Below are positions 26,080 to 39,235 of a DNA stretch of 64,000 nt, piece after piece. Each line of letters starts with the position of its first letter. Position 1 is the stretch's first letter. The DNA is from Octopus vulgaris (lineage: Eukaryota): contig OX597820.1 in NCBI GenBank assembly GCA_951406725.2, positions 127,906,001-127,970,000 on the forward strand, written 5' to 3'. The translations under genes were made by a program, and so were the position numbers. The notes beneath the pieces were generated by a model. That model had not been told where the DNA came from. It saw only the letters and a list, made by a program, of their open reading frames with translations, and did no database searches.

Positions 26080-27363
26080 GAGGGGCGTTCAATAACTAAT
26101 GCCCCTAACCCACTTCCCATAGCAGTAGAGCAACGAAAATTATTATTAGTCTTTTTCTACATAGGAACCACCCAGAGTTACTCATTTCTCCCATCGTTTG
26201 ATGCAGCTCTTGAGACCGTTTTTGTAGAAGACCCCAGCTTGGTCCTCCAACCACGACGTGACTTCAGAAATCAAGGCTGCATCATCAGGGAAACGCTTTC
26301 CTGTCAAAAACAACTTCATGGCTGGGAAGAGGTGAAAATCAGAGGGTGCAAAGTCAAGAGAGTAGGGAGATGGGGGAGGAGTTCATAGCCGCACGCCTGT
26401 GCTTCTGATCTGGCGACAAGCGAGTTGTGGACCGGAGCGTTGTCCTGCAGGAGGATACCTTTACTGATCTTGCCCCGCCTCTTGATTTTGATAGCTTCTC
26501 TTAATTTCCTCAAAAGTGAAGCATAATAGGCTCCTGTAATTGTGGCACCCTTTGCCAGGAAATCTGTCATCACTACTCCGTCCTGGTCCCAGAAGACTGT
26601 GAGCATGACCTTGCCAGCGGAGGGCTGCACCCTTGCCTTCTTTGGAGGAGGTGAATCACGGTGCTTCCACTGCATTGACTGGGCTTTGGTCTCTGGATCA
26701 TAGTGATGGACCCAGGTTTCATCCTGTGTAATCAGTCTTTTGAAAAATTTTGACTCATCTTCTTGGCACATCTCCAAATTCACCCTCGAGCACTCGACGC
26801 GTTTCTGCTTCTGGAAAGGCGTGAGCCACCTGGGAATCCATCTGGCAGACACCTTTTGCATATGCAAATGGTCATGAATGATAGTTTCCACAGACCCGGT
26901 ACTAATCTTGACCTCATAGGCTATTTGACGAATAGTTATGCGTCGATCTTCCAAAATGGCAGCCTCAACTTGACGGACAGATGCCTCCTCAATGGCAGAA
27001 GGGGGGGCGACCAGATCTGGGAGCTGTTTCCACAGAGTTCCAACCATGTTTGAATTCACGATGCCAGCGTTTTACAAGGTCATATGGTGGGGCATCATCA
27101 CCATAAGTTACTTTCATTTCATCAAAAGTATCCCGTGGTGTGCGTCCTTTCAAATACAAAAACCGGATCACTTCTCGACACTCAACAGGCTCCATTTCAC
27201 ACTTGACTCAGTTCAAACACCTGTAAATTAGAAACCACAATTAATTCAGAGCTGTAATTTTGCCACTTAATCTATAGATATATAAATAATTTCACATGCA
27301 AAATTTCAGCTAGATCAAACAACTGCAAGTGGGTCAGGGGCATTACTTATTGATCGTCCCTCG
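26079..27363 (-). mobile_element. Full-length mariner (DD34D-type) transposon, 1285 bp, inserted in (TA)n
   Basis: TIRs CGAGGGGCGTTCAATAACTAATGCCCCTAACCCACTT / AAGTGGGTCAGGGGCATTACTTATTGATCGTCCCTCG, TA on both sides. Confidence 0.95.
26146..27195 (-). pseudogene. Mariner transposase with at least two frameshifts
   Basis: N-terminal HTH (REVIRFLYLKG...PRSGRP) in one frame, then ARWIP, ITQDETWVHHYDPETKAQSMQW, MLTVFWD, QDNAPVH; second frameshift just before the YSPD(F)APSD motif. Confidence 0.9.
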
Positions 27364-27377
27364 TATATATATATATC

Positions 27378-27584
27378 GCCATGTTGATTCGTTAGCTACT
27401 GCACGCATTTTTTTCTCTCCTTCTTTCTGTGTTTTTCTCTCTCTGTGTATCTTTCTGTTGAAGAGCGTAGGCTCGAAACGTTAAAGACTTGTTTTATTTA
27501 TATTTCCTGAGCGCCATACTAATACAATTGTTCGTTTGTTTTCCACCTGCCTTCGTCTTTTGTTTATTTTCATAAAGCTTCCCG

Positions 27585-27590
<6 letters not shown>
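27378..27590 (+). mobile_element. Solo PLE pseudo-LTR-like unit with a minimal hammerhead-like motif (27450-27487)
   Basis: UCUUU-CUGUUGA-A-GAGC-GUAG-GCUC-GAAA-CG-UU/AAAGA; same family as 10128-10340; TA flanks. Confidence 0.72.
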
Positions 27591-27648
<58 letters not shown>

Positions 27649-27730
27649 GTGTGTGTGTGTGTTCTCAGAGAGAAGCGTAAAGATAGATTGGCAGATACAC
27701 AGATATACAGACAGACTCATATATAGATAA

Positions 27731-27800
<70 letters not shown>

Positions 27801-28285
27801 GGATGGATGGATGGATGGATATTTTGCGTCACTCAGGTCAAATTATATTGAAATTCACATCATTTGCTGTAATATAACTTTCGATTTCTAACGCACAGAA
27901 AAAGGGTGAGTGAGAGAGAGAGAGAGAGAGAGATAGAGGTAGAAGAGAGAAGAAAAGATACACACCTGCACACACTGGTGCACGCATATACAGACAACTT
28001 TTTGGTGAGCTCTCGAAGTCAGCATTATGACCAGGGTGGAATTTCTCTGAGCCTAACATCAAATATAACACGTGTCTTAATATGTCTCTTCAGAGTCTTT
28101 TTGTAACTTCAAAAACATTAAAACTGCAATGGTTTATCGGTATGCCGCCGTGTGTAAGTATGTATGTATGTATGTATGTATGTATGTATGTATGTATGTA
28201 TGTATGTATGCATGTATGTATGTATGTTTACATATATATACAGAGAGAGAAAGAGAGAGAGGGAGAGAGACAGACAGACACGCAG

Positions 28286-28344
<59 letters not shown>

Positions 28345-28378
28345 CATACATATACGTATATACATACATATATACGTT

Positions 28379-28416
<38 letters not shown>

Positions 28417-28464
28417 TATATATGTATGTATATGTATATAAAGATATATACATATATACATATA

Positions 28465-28863
28465 TCTTTATATATAAAAGTGAGGTTGTGTGCTGTCTGT
28501 CTGCTACGATTTAGATTCCTAACTACTCCCACATTTTGCGGTGCAGTTTAACCAAAACCGGGTATCTTATAGTCGTGATTCATATCGAGCCCTTCTGGGT
28601 ATTAGCGCGCGTCTACGATGAGACTAAGATTTTTTTTTAAATATTACCATCAATTTTTCCCATTTTAAGGCATTTTTAGCATATATAAGGGAAGTAACTC
28701 TCTAAAAATTTATTATTAAATCTCAAAACGTAAAAAGCTACAGTAACACCCCTCCCCCTTTGTGGTTAGCCATATTGAGATGGCTATTATACTTTACATC
28801 TCTAAAAATGCTTATATAGTTATTTCCCTTACAAACCCGAGCAACGCCGGGCGATACTGCTAG
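28465..28863 (+). mobile_element. Non-autonomous Helitron
   Basis: A|TC 5' end, subterminal hairpin CCCGAGCAACGCCGGG, 3' CTAG|T. Confidence 0.85.
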
Positions 28864-29060
28864 TATATATATACAAACATAAATATGCTTGTGCATGTAC
28901 AAGTGCGGGTGTTTGTCTCCGTAGATATATAGATCAATCAACCTGTCTATATATCTGTGTATGTGTGTGTGTGTATACACGTTTATATGTATGCATAAAT
29001 GTGCACTATTGTGTACGTATGTATGTGCATACGTTTGCTCATGCTTGTATGGAAAATATA

Positions 29061-29102
<42 letters not shown>

Positions 29103-29139
29103 TATGTATACATAATATATATATATATATATATATGCA

Positions 29140-29209
<70 letters not shown>

Positions 29210-29587
29210 ACACATATATATATATATACATACAAGGTGTCTTAAATCATTTGCATACTACGTGACATCTATAAAATTAGGAAACATACGATAACAATCT
29301 ACAGCATGTATAGGAAGAGCGTTCATACGTAATTGAAGATTTCACGTCACATATATACATAGAGCCGCTCATTATATTTATCATTTGTATTAACTTAGCA
29401 TTAGGATCAATTACATAGACGTCAATTACATTTCCTGTTACAGTCTAATTGATGTAATATTTAACTGATGATGATACTCTAACTTAATTTACACACATGA
29501 CATTTGCTATAAATTGACACCGTTTTGAAGGGAGAACTCGTTATATAAACATATTCAGTGTACACAAGAATCGGATTCTGAAGAATT

Positions 29588-29676
<89 letters not shown>

Positions 29677-31999
29677 GCAGGTAGACAGACGAACAGACAG
29701 GGAAAGAGAGAGATGTGATAAGAAGTTTGCTTCACAATCACATGGTACCGGTTTCAGTCCCACTGCGTGGCACTCTGGGCAAGTGTTTTCAACTATAGCC
29801 TCCGGTCGACCAAAGCTTCGTGATTGGTTTTTGAAAATGGAAACTGAAAGAAGACCGTTCTATATATGTGTTTGTGTGTGTATATATGTGTGTGTGCGTG
29901 TATATGTTTGTGTGTGTATGTGTGTATGCTTGGCCCTCATTACTGTTCGCAACCGGTGGTGTTTTGTTTACGTCTCTACAAATTAGCGGTTCGGCAAAAG
30001 GGCCAATAGAATAACAACCAGGCTTTAAGAAATAACTGCTCCAACATACTTTTTCCGTTTCATTTACTTGTAGGAGCTGCAAAAACCGTCACCCCTCTTC
30101 GGCCTGTAAAGTGGTCAGTTGGGTTTCAATCCATAGACACAACCTGCACCATCTCTGTTAAATGAAAATCAAAGATAAATACTTAAACATAAGCAGCCAA
30201 GAAACTAGTAAACGTTGGCGTTGGTGAAAACCAGTCAGTAAAAACGTTCAAGGTATGTAAAGTTCAGGTGAGGCAACGTGAAGGGAGGTGACGTGTAAAG
30301 TGTCTAGCATTTCGAAGCTTTTCATCAAACGAAGGTCAAGGAATTCAATCTCAGCAGACACCAAAAATAATTGCATACAGAATGACGGGGAAACGAAAGT
30401 AAGTGTACTTTTGAAAATTCTCGTTCTGAACAGAAAACCATTTGCTTTACATCCGCTTACGCAATTTTGAAAATGCGTTTTATCTCAATTTTTAAAAATG
30501 TTTCTTTTCCCTTTTCTATCTTTTTTCTATGTTTTGTCAGTTGAAATTGCTCTTTGCGCATTTAACAAGATAAAACAATGTATTTCTATACCGTCTCTCT
30601 ATTTCATAGTTTGTATGCTGAACTTTATTTCTTAGTGCAACGTCTTTATAAATCCATGACTGTGAGTGTCTCAGAGTTCGGTTTACAACCCTATGGTTAC
30701 TAATCCGGACAAAGGTGCTCCCTAGCTAGAGCAATGAGCTCGCAAGGAAGGGACAAATGTCCAGAGGGCGTTATGCGAGGCGTGAGTGTTTAGCGGAAAC
30801 ATGACCTTTCTTAGAAATAAAATATTTAAGCTTACGCACCAGCATTTTAAATTGATCTTTCTTTTAAATTAACCTTTGTCGAGATTAGAATAAGATTAGA
30901 ACATTGTCGGGTCAGTAAGCAGAAACATGATTGTTGATGTACCAAATTCATGTATGTTTTCTTTCTGTAAGTCCTCACTTTCTTTAGTAATTTACCCCCA
31001 AAACATAATACGGAGAGCATTAATCCATTTAATATATAATTAACCATCTGAATCCATGAATATGTTTTAGTTGGCGTGATTTCATTGGAAGACGCAACAA
31101 TGGGTGGTCACCTCTTTTTGTGTTTTTTGTGTTTACGGCTGCTAAATTAGCAGAGACATCGTTATTTCATAAACATCGGCGCGCGAAATGCTCCTCACGA
31201 ACGCACGTTCGTGAGATGGTTGTGATGTGTATAGAGCTTTGAGTAGGAACTGGAAAAAGAAGTATGAACATGCAATGCACATATGCACACTGAATTCGTA
31301 AAGCGAGGAAGAAGAATAAAAATGCAGTGCGCATGTCAAAATAAAACGGAATAGAAGAATAGAAACGCCATTTCAAACAAGTTAGATGATAGTCTGTATA
31401 CCAGGTCGAACGCCACCATCGGGCAGCTTTGCTGCAATGTTCTTCTTTCCAACCGTAAATACAAATAAATGTGGCTAGCTGCTTTTGCGTCTCCCAAGGT
31501 TATAGTCAAGCGAAATCACACCAGCTGGAGCGTACTGGCGGGTTCAAAAGATTAAGAAGTATATCAGATAGATTGGTTTCTGGTTTAGGCTCAAAGCCAG
31601 CAATTTTAAGGGAACAGACTCTGCCGATTATGGAGAACCCAGTACTTGACTGGTACTTTATTTCATCGACACCGAAATCATGGTAGCGATGTTAACCTTG
31701 GTGGGGTTTGAACTCATAACACAAAGGGCCGGAACAGACAGTGCAAAATATTTTTTCTGATGTTCTAACGACTTTGCCGCCTGATAAGTGGAATAGATAA
31801 GAATGAGAAAGTATTGGAAATAAACCATTGCGCAAAATTAGTTTCTGTTTAATAAAAACATTGTACTGTGTTTATGTCTACGATTGTGTATGTTTGCATT
31901 TGTGCGTATGTGCGCATGTGGGTGTCTGTATGTCACAAACATTGAGAGTCACCTTTTTTCTAGCATCTCCCACCCACCGAATGTTGTATTGCTTAGGCT

Positions 32000-32275
32000 T
32001 AGATTTGTCATGAGCCCTAGGACTCACAAGGCCGGGGCTTATCCCAGTTTTCAAGCGACTGAAAATACAACACCTCCACTCCTCCTGAACAGCTTGCCGG
32101 CCCCTAGCAGGGTTAACTTCCCAACTATTATTTAGGTTCATTTACGGCTGAATGGACTGGAACAACGTGAAATAAAATGCTATACTCACAAATTCAACGA
32201 ATCGCATAGTCCGGGAATAGAAACCGCGATATTGAGATCGTGGGTACAACACACTAGCTACTAGTCTACGCACCT
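32000..32275 (-). mobile_element. Degenerate tRNA-derived SINE related to family D
   Basis: Minus strand contains TTTTATTTCACGTTGTTCCAGTCCATTCAGC, matching the family D body. Confidence 0.6.
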
Positions 32276-32870
32276 TCCCCAGCATCCGATGAAATAGGGA
32301 AAACCATGCAAAAGAAGGTAAGCTTTTGTATCACATTCCCAGACCTCCTTGCTGAAAAGGGAATCTTTGCAGACTCGATCCCCCTGCAACAAATAGCAAC
32401 TAAGCTTAAATTCTGACTGCAGCAGCAAAAACAACAACTACAACAACAAACGACGATGGTTCGGGAGTAACAACAGTGGATAGGGAAAGTTGGGAGTCAC
32501 GGGTAAATTCAGTAAGAAGTTGTAAATATTAAGAGAATTTCAAGAGAGATGCAGATTTGAAAATGAAGAATTGGAGGATGCGTTTGATAAAGGTTGCTGA
32601 AAAGCTGAGACAGACTCGAGGTTGAAAATGCTTTAGTTGTGCTTCTAAACGAAAGAGGAATCGTTAGACTTGTAAATTTTAAATATTTAATTATCTTAGT
32701 TAAACATTAGAAGTATACAGTGTACTGTTGGTACGAGGAAATGTATTTTTAATTATTAAAACAATTCAATAAAGATGAATTGTAAGCTCAGCCGATGCAT
32801 ACGTATATGTGTTGTGTATGTATGTATGTACGTATGTATGCATATATGTATGCATGTATGTATGTATATA

Positions 32871-32901
<31 letters not shown>

Positions 32902-32936
32902 TGTATGTATGTATGTATGTATATTATGTATGTATG

Positions 32937-32974
<38 letters not shown>

Positions 32975-32994
32975 TGTATGTGTATATATACACG

Positions 32995-33079
<85 letters not shown>

Positions 33080-34226
33080 AACAACAGTAAGTATGATTAA
33101 TGAGTTCACATTATACAACAAAGAAGAATAACAACGACAACAACGGCCACAACAACAAGGAAAAGAAAAGAACTTCAAAGACATCGAATTTCACTTAACA
33201 TTTAATCTCACTTAAACCAAAAACATCTTTATAAAACATATTTAATTGGTATTTTAAAGAATTCAGGAAAGTCACAGGAAGCTTCAATAAATGGTTGGTT
33301 TAATGTGTTTTATTATTATTATTATTATTATTATTCTTTTATTCACGATGTTGGATAAAACAATTTTTCACATATGAGAAATAACATTATATAAATTGTA
33401 TTGTCATTGTATACAAATCGTTTATCATGAGTTAGTAAGCGACAAAAATATTATCCGCTTAATTAATTTAACTATTATTTATAGTTTCTAAATTAAATTC
33501 GACAATTTTGCCCTTCTACAGTTTTCGCTAGCTAAAACTGTATGTTTTTTTGTTTTTTTTTTACCTCAGACTTTTATCGTCTTGTAATTCTGTTTCCATT
33601 CACGATTTCAAAATACAAGCAACAAGCAAATTAGAAAAATGCACTCTTAAATGATTCTTTTTGGTTGATGTGAAATACTGACGAAACACTTTGCTTACAA
33701 GAAAAACAGACAATTTTAATTCAACATCCTACACTAAAAGATATAACTGTAATTATTCTTCTCTTGGTATTTGGTTGTTTAGCCCAGGTCAGCATTTATT
33801 ATGCTGACCTATGTTCTAATGCCTTCTACTTTTTATACACACGCGCTGGCACACACCCACAGCACCCCCCCACACACACACACATGTATATAGTCGAAGG
33901 ACACCTGTTGTTATGTCCTATTATTATTTTTATTGTATTTGTATTTGTGTAACATTGTTTTTTTCCGTCCTTGTTTTTCTATACATTCGCTGCTTTCTTC
34001 CAAGGAATCTAATGCTCTTAGCTTAGTTTTTCCTTGGGGCCGGCCAGATTGGAGCAATCTCAAGTATAATCAGCCGAAATTTCGAGGAGAATCTGGTGCT
34101 TGACTGAGGAAAGAAAAGTTCGAATGACCAGTCCTTGTTTTCTTTGTATTGTCTATCTGGATGTTTTGTTGTCCCATGTTTGTATGACCTAGCTGTCCGG
34201 ATATTTTACTTTCTTGTGCCATTTTG

Positions 34227-34273
<47 letters not shown>

Positions 34274-34430
34274 TGTGCGTGTGTGTGTGTGTGTGTATGT
34301 GTGTGTGTGTGTGTGCATGTACAGCGAATGGTGGATACAACGCAGAGGCCTTGGTCTATGAAACAGGTGGTTTCCAGTAGCGACAGGAACAGCAGTAGTA
34401 ACGAAAGAAATGACACACAAGTACTCTCCC

Positions 34431-34474
<44 letters not shown>

Positions 34475-35761
34475 CACACACAGGGAATTATTTAGGAGCA
34501 ACTGAGGGTTTAGGACCAGGTTATATAGCTACATGCCCGCTTTTAGGATCCCTGAGATGTGGAACGTTACATCATTAGCCAACTACATATGATGATTAAC
34601 AGACAAGAGAACATACAAAGTTAACTAGTATCTATTTGGGTAACCTGGGCCATACCTCAACGGAAGCAGACAAAGTACACTTTGCTAAGCCGAGAGTAAA
34701 ATGATCCTAAAAACTTCTCAAGATCTTGAATTTAAAAAGTGAAATCTTTGGCCGCTGCCCTCATAATAAAATAAAATCGTTTTGGAAACGTAGCCTTACT
34801 CGTTTGCGGACAGAAGGACAAAAATAGACGTATGCAAGCACATGTGACTCAATTTGGCCACAGCTGGAATTGTACACGGGCAGGTCACTCTTCTGTACTT
34901 CCCATAAACTTGCTTTCGTCTTATTTCTCACCATATATACGTATATATATATATATACGTATATGTATGTCTATATTGATAAAATACCTAAACGAATTTC
35001 TGTGTGTCAGTGTGTCATACTTTGCACCCACTTCACAATTTAGTGACACTACTACTATTCCTCATGCTGGGGTGAGAGTAATAGCTGGCATAGAGGCGGT
35101 AGTAGATTGACGGTTGTGATGGTAATGGGGGAATAGTAATAGTGTGAGATATAGTTGTGTAGATGTGAAAAATGTTGGTCAAGTTTAATAAATTTTAATA
35201 TGTACTCAATACATGAAGTGTCATTGTTGTGCCCAAGGCCCAATGAAGAGCCCTCCACAGGAGCTAGTAAATATATATACAAATACACAGACACGCAGAC
35301 ACAGACACACACACACACACATATACACAAACACATATACACACACCAACATTATAAAAATGTCCGCACAAGCCGTAAGATATAGAATAGAACATTAATG
35401 ATGCAAAAGTTCACTATTCCTTTTACATTGCAGATAATGAGTTCCAAAGTGTATTATTAGGACCAAAACCTTTCCAATGCAAAAATGTTTCCAAAAAAAT
35501 CAGATCAACAATTTCAATTTGCTTTACGTGTGTGTGAGAGAGAGAGAGAGAGAAAGTTTGTGTGTGTGTGAGAGAGAGAGAGAGAAAGTTTGTGTGTGTG
35601 TGAGAGAGAGAGAGAGAATCTGTGTGTGTGTGAGAGAGAGAGAGAGAGAAAGTCTGTGTGTGTGTGAGAGAGAGAGAGAGAGAGTCTGTGTGTGTGTGAG
35701 AGAGTCTGTGTGTGAATATTCTTGTGATTCTTTCAACTCTATTTTAGCAAGTATATGCACC

Positions 35762-35945
<184 letters not shown>

Positions 35946-35995
35946 CATACATACATACATACATGCATACATACATACATACATACATACATACA

Positions 35996-36029
<34 letters not shown>

Positions 36030-36563
36030 GTTAATCCGAACATGAACAGAGAAAACACAACGCGAGGACATGGAACAAGTATAGTGTTATTGGACAGGAA
36101 AGAAAGAAGGAGGATTATAATATTTATGCAAGAAGAGTGACAGCGATTTGTACGTTTCAGTCAACTTGCCTTCGTCAGACTGTATTGAATAATCTTTCAA
36201 TATAATTCAAAATAGTTTATTTTTGTTTTGCTGTTATAACTGGACATAAAAGCGGCGAGTGAGCTGGCAGATTTGTTAACATGTCGGAAAAGTGCATAGT
36301 TGCATTTCCTCTGACTCATTACGTTTTGGGTTCAAATTCTATCGAGGTTGCCTTTGCTTATCATAATTTCAAGGTCGATAAAATAAGCACCAGTCAAGCA
36401 CCAGAATCGATGTACTCGACTTTACCCTCCGTTTAAAATTTCTGTAACTGTACCCAAATTAAAAATATTAGAATTCGACATACAGTTAAGCATTAATATA
36501 TACACACGCACGCGCGCACACACACAAACACATATATACGTATGTATGTATATTTGTGTGTGC

Positions 36564-36697
<134 letters not shown>

Positions 36698-37139
36698 ATA
36701 TCTACATATGTAAGTTCGAGCGTGTTTATATGTATGTGTGTCTGTATACATATATGTATGTAGACATATGCACCACGGACATGGCTCAATGGTTAAGGAG
36801 TTCACTTTGCAAATATGAGTTTTCCTGTTCGATCTTACAGTATGACGTATTGGGCAAGTAGCTTCACCGTGGTCTCGAGTGTACCTAAGCTTTATGAGTT
36901 AATCATGGTTAAACGGAAACAGTTGAGAAGCCTGTCGGATGGGCTGTCCCTAAGATTCAAAGATACATCCATGTACACAAACTGTCACGCTGATTCTAAT
37001 TGATATATTCATTAAATGAACATTTACCTGAGGGATAATCAGTCACATTGAGCGTTTATTTAATGTGAAGGTTGTCTAGTTCAATATACTAATGGATGCC
37101 CAGATGTTGAAATCAACAGGAAAGTCCACGATACTAACC

Positions 37140-39235
37140 ATCCTCTCCGTCTTTTCAACTCTTTCTTCTTCCCTTTCGGCCCCTATAAACATCTCTTCAC
37201 TCTTGATATCAAGAGCCTATTTGCAGTGATTCCGACCAACGCACGTCTTGCCCTCATACACTCCCTAGACGTTCGACCCAACACCCTACCTGACACGTCC
37301 ACACTTCTTCGTCTGGCTGAACTTGTCCTCTCCCTCAACTGCTTCTCGTTTGCGAGGGAGTTTTACCAACAGTTTTCGGGAGTGGCCATGGAAACAAGAA
37401 TGGGTCCCAACTATGTATATCTGTTCGTTGGCTACGCTGTGGCCCAAATATTTTCAAGATTCACTGGTCTCACTCTCGAACTATACGGTCGTTATATTGA
37501 TGATTGTATCGGTGCGACCTCGATCACCCGCGAACAATTAGACCCCTTCATCTCTTTTCTCCAATCCTTCCATCCTACCCTCGAATTCTCCTGCACCATT
37601 TCCAATACTTCCGTCGCCTTTCTCGACATTTCGGTCAACATACACAACTCCGCTCTCACTACATTCATCCACTACAAGCATACCAGCTCACACTCATACC
37701 TCATCTTCTCCTCCTCCCACACTACTCACACTAGGCTCCTCATCCCCTACTCCCAATTTTTCCGTCCGCGCAGGCTCTGCAGTTACAACCCTGATTTTGA
37801 GACTCAGTCTCAAATCGTGTCTCGCTACTTCATCCTTCGGGGATATCCCCTTACCGCTATCCACACAGACCTACCAAGAACACGTTCCGCAGAACATACT
37901 TCTGCTCTCTCTCTCTCTCTCTGCGCCCACCCCGCCGTTGCCTGTCTCCCGTTTCCCCTCATCTACCACACCTCCACCCTGCACTTCCAAAGCACCATTC
38001 CCCGAACCTTCAGGCGACTCAAGTCCGACCTCTCCACTTCGCACATCTTCCCCAACCTACCCCTTCTCTCCTTCAAACAAGCCCACAACCTACGTGTCCT
38101 CTTGGTCCATAGCTTCTTCCCTAACCCCACCTTCCAGCCTGGCTCTTTCTTCTGCTCCCGCCCACGCTGTCGCACTTGCCCTTACATCTCCAACACCATC
38201 ATCCTTACAAGCACCCTCCATCGTCCCTATCATGTGACTGACTCCTTTACCTCCACTTCTAGCAACGTCCTTTACTGCATCTCCAGCTAGTTCTGCCTTT
38301 CTCTGTACATCGATCAAACGGGATGCCGCTTGGCTGACCGTTTCGCGGAGCACCTCCGAGACATTAGACTCGGCAATGGCACCCCGGTCTCGCGCCAATT
38401 CCGCTCTACCAGTCGTTCATTACAACACCTGTCTGTGTTTGGTCTGTCTTTGCACAGGTGCCATCCGGACTCCCGCCTTTACCGTGAACTGGTATTAATT
38501 TCCTCTCTTCGTTCCTTTGTGTCACATGGGCTCAACTCCCATCCCCTCTTCACCTCTCTTCATTTGATACCTACTTCTTCTCTTCACTCCTATCTACCTT
38601 CTCCCTTTATTAATACCCCCTCCATCCACCGCCACCGCCACACATCCCACGCTCACATACCCAACCCCTACTCCACACCTCCACCTCAACACCCACATCC
38701 TCACTCCACCCCACATCCTCACCCACCCCCACATTCTCACTCCACCCCACATTCTCAATTCAAACCTACACCCCACACTCACATCCACACCCACCCGGAC
38801 CACCGCCCATACCACACCACACACCACACACCACCACACCGCATCACACCACCTCACACCACTGTACCCACACTAGTACTGACCACTTCCCAGCACCTAC
38901 ACCATGATCCACACGCACACACACACTCTCACATACGCAAATGCACGCGCACCTTCGTTTTGGGATCAGTAGTACTTTATTATCTCTCCTTCTTTGTAGC
39001 TCTCCTGTCAACTATTTTTATCCAACAAGTCACCATGATTGACCGCTAAATCCACAAGGTTTCTTTCTTTATAATCCTCTCTGTTTATTTCATCGTGTTC
39101 CTTTTTGTGAAGAGCGTCGGCTTGAAACGTAAAAGACTTTCTCACCTTCCTGAGTATCAAACTAATACACCTGTTTGTTGTTTATACACCTCTCTTCATA
39201 TTTTATTTTTCTGTAAATTTCAACTATATATATAC
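37140..39235 (+). mobile_element. Second Neptune-type PLE, 5'-truncated, with a low-complexity CA/CC tract and 3' pseudo-LTR
   Basis: RT/GIY-YIG frames followed at 39030-39230 by the unit homologous to 10128 and 27378, including a decayed hammerhead (39100-39137). Confidence 0.85.
37190..38545 (+). pseudogene. PLE RT + GIY-YIG pseudogene with an in-frame stop at 38288-38290
   Basis: LFTLDIKSLF, YQQFSGVAMETRMGPNY, GRYIDDCIG, VAFLDI, CSRPRCRTCP, NVLYCISS*FCLSLYIDQTGCRLADRFAEH. Confidence 0.88.

Noticed and set aside
30250-30405. Possible host exon ending at AAA|GTAAGT
   Set aside because: Only a donor-like word; no convincing acceptor, reading frame or recognisable protein
38560-38950. His/Pro/Thr-rich extension of ORF 38330..39049
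   Set aside because: Low-complexity CA/CCA tract read through after the PLE endonuclease; not a credible protein
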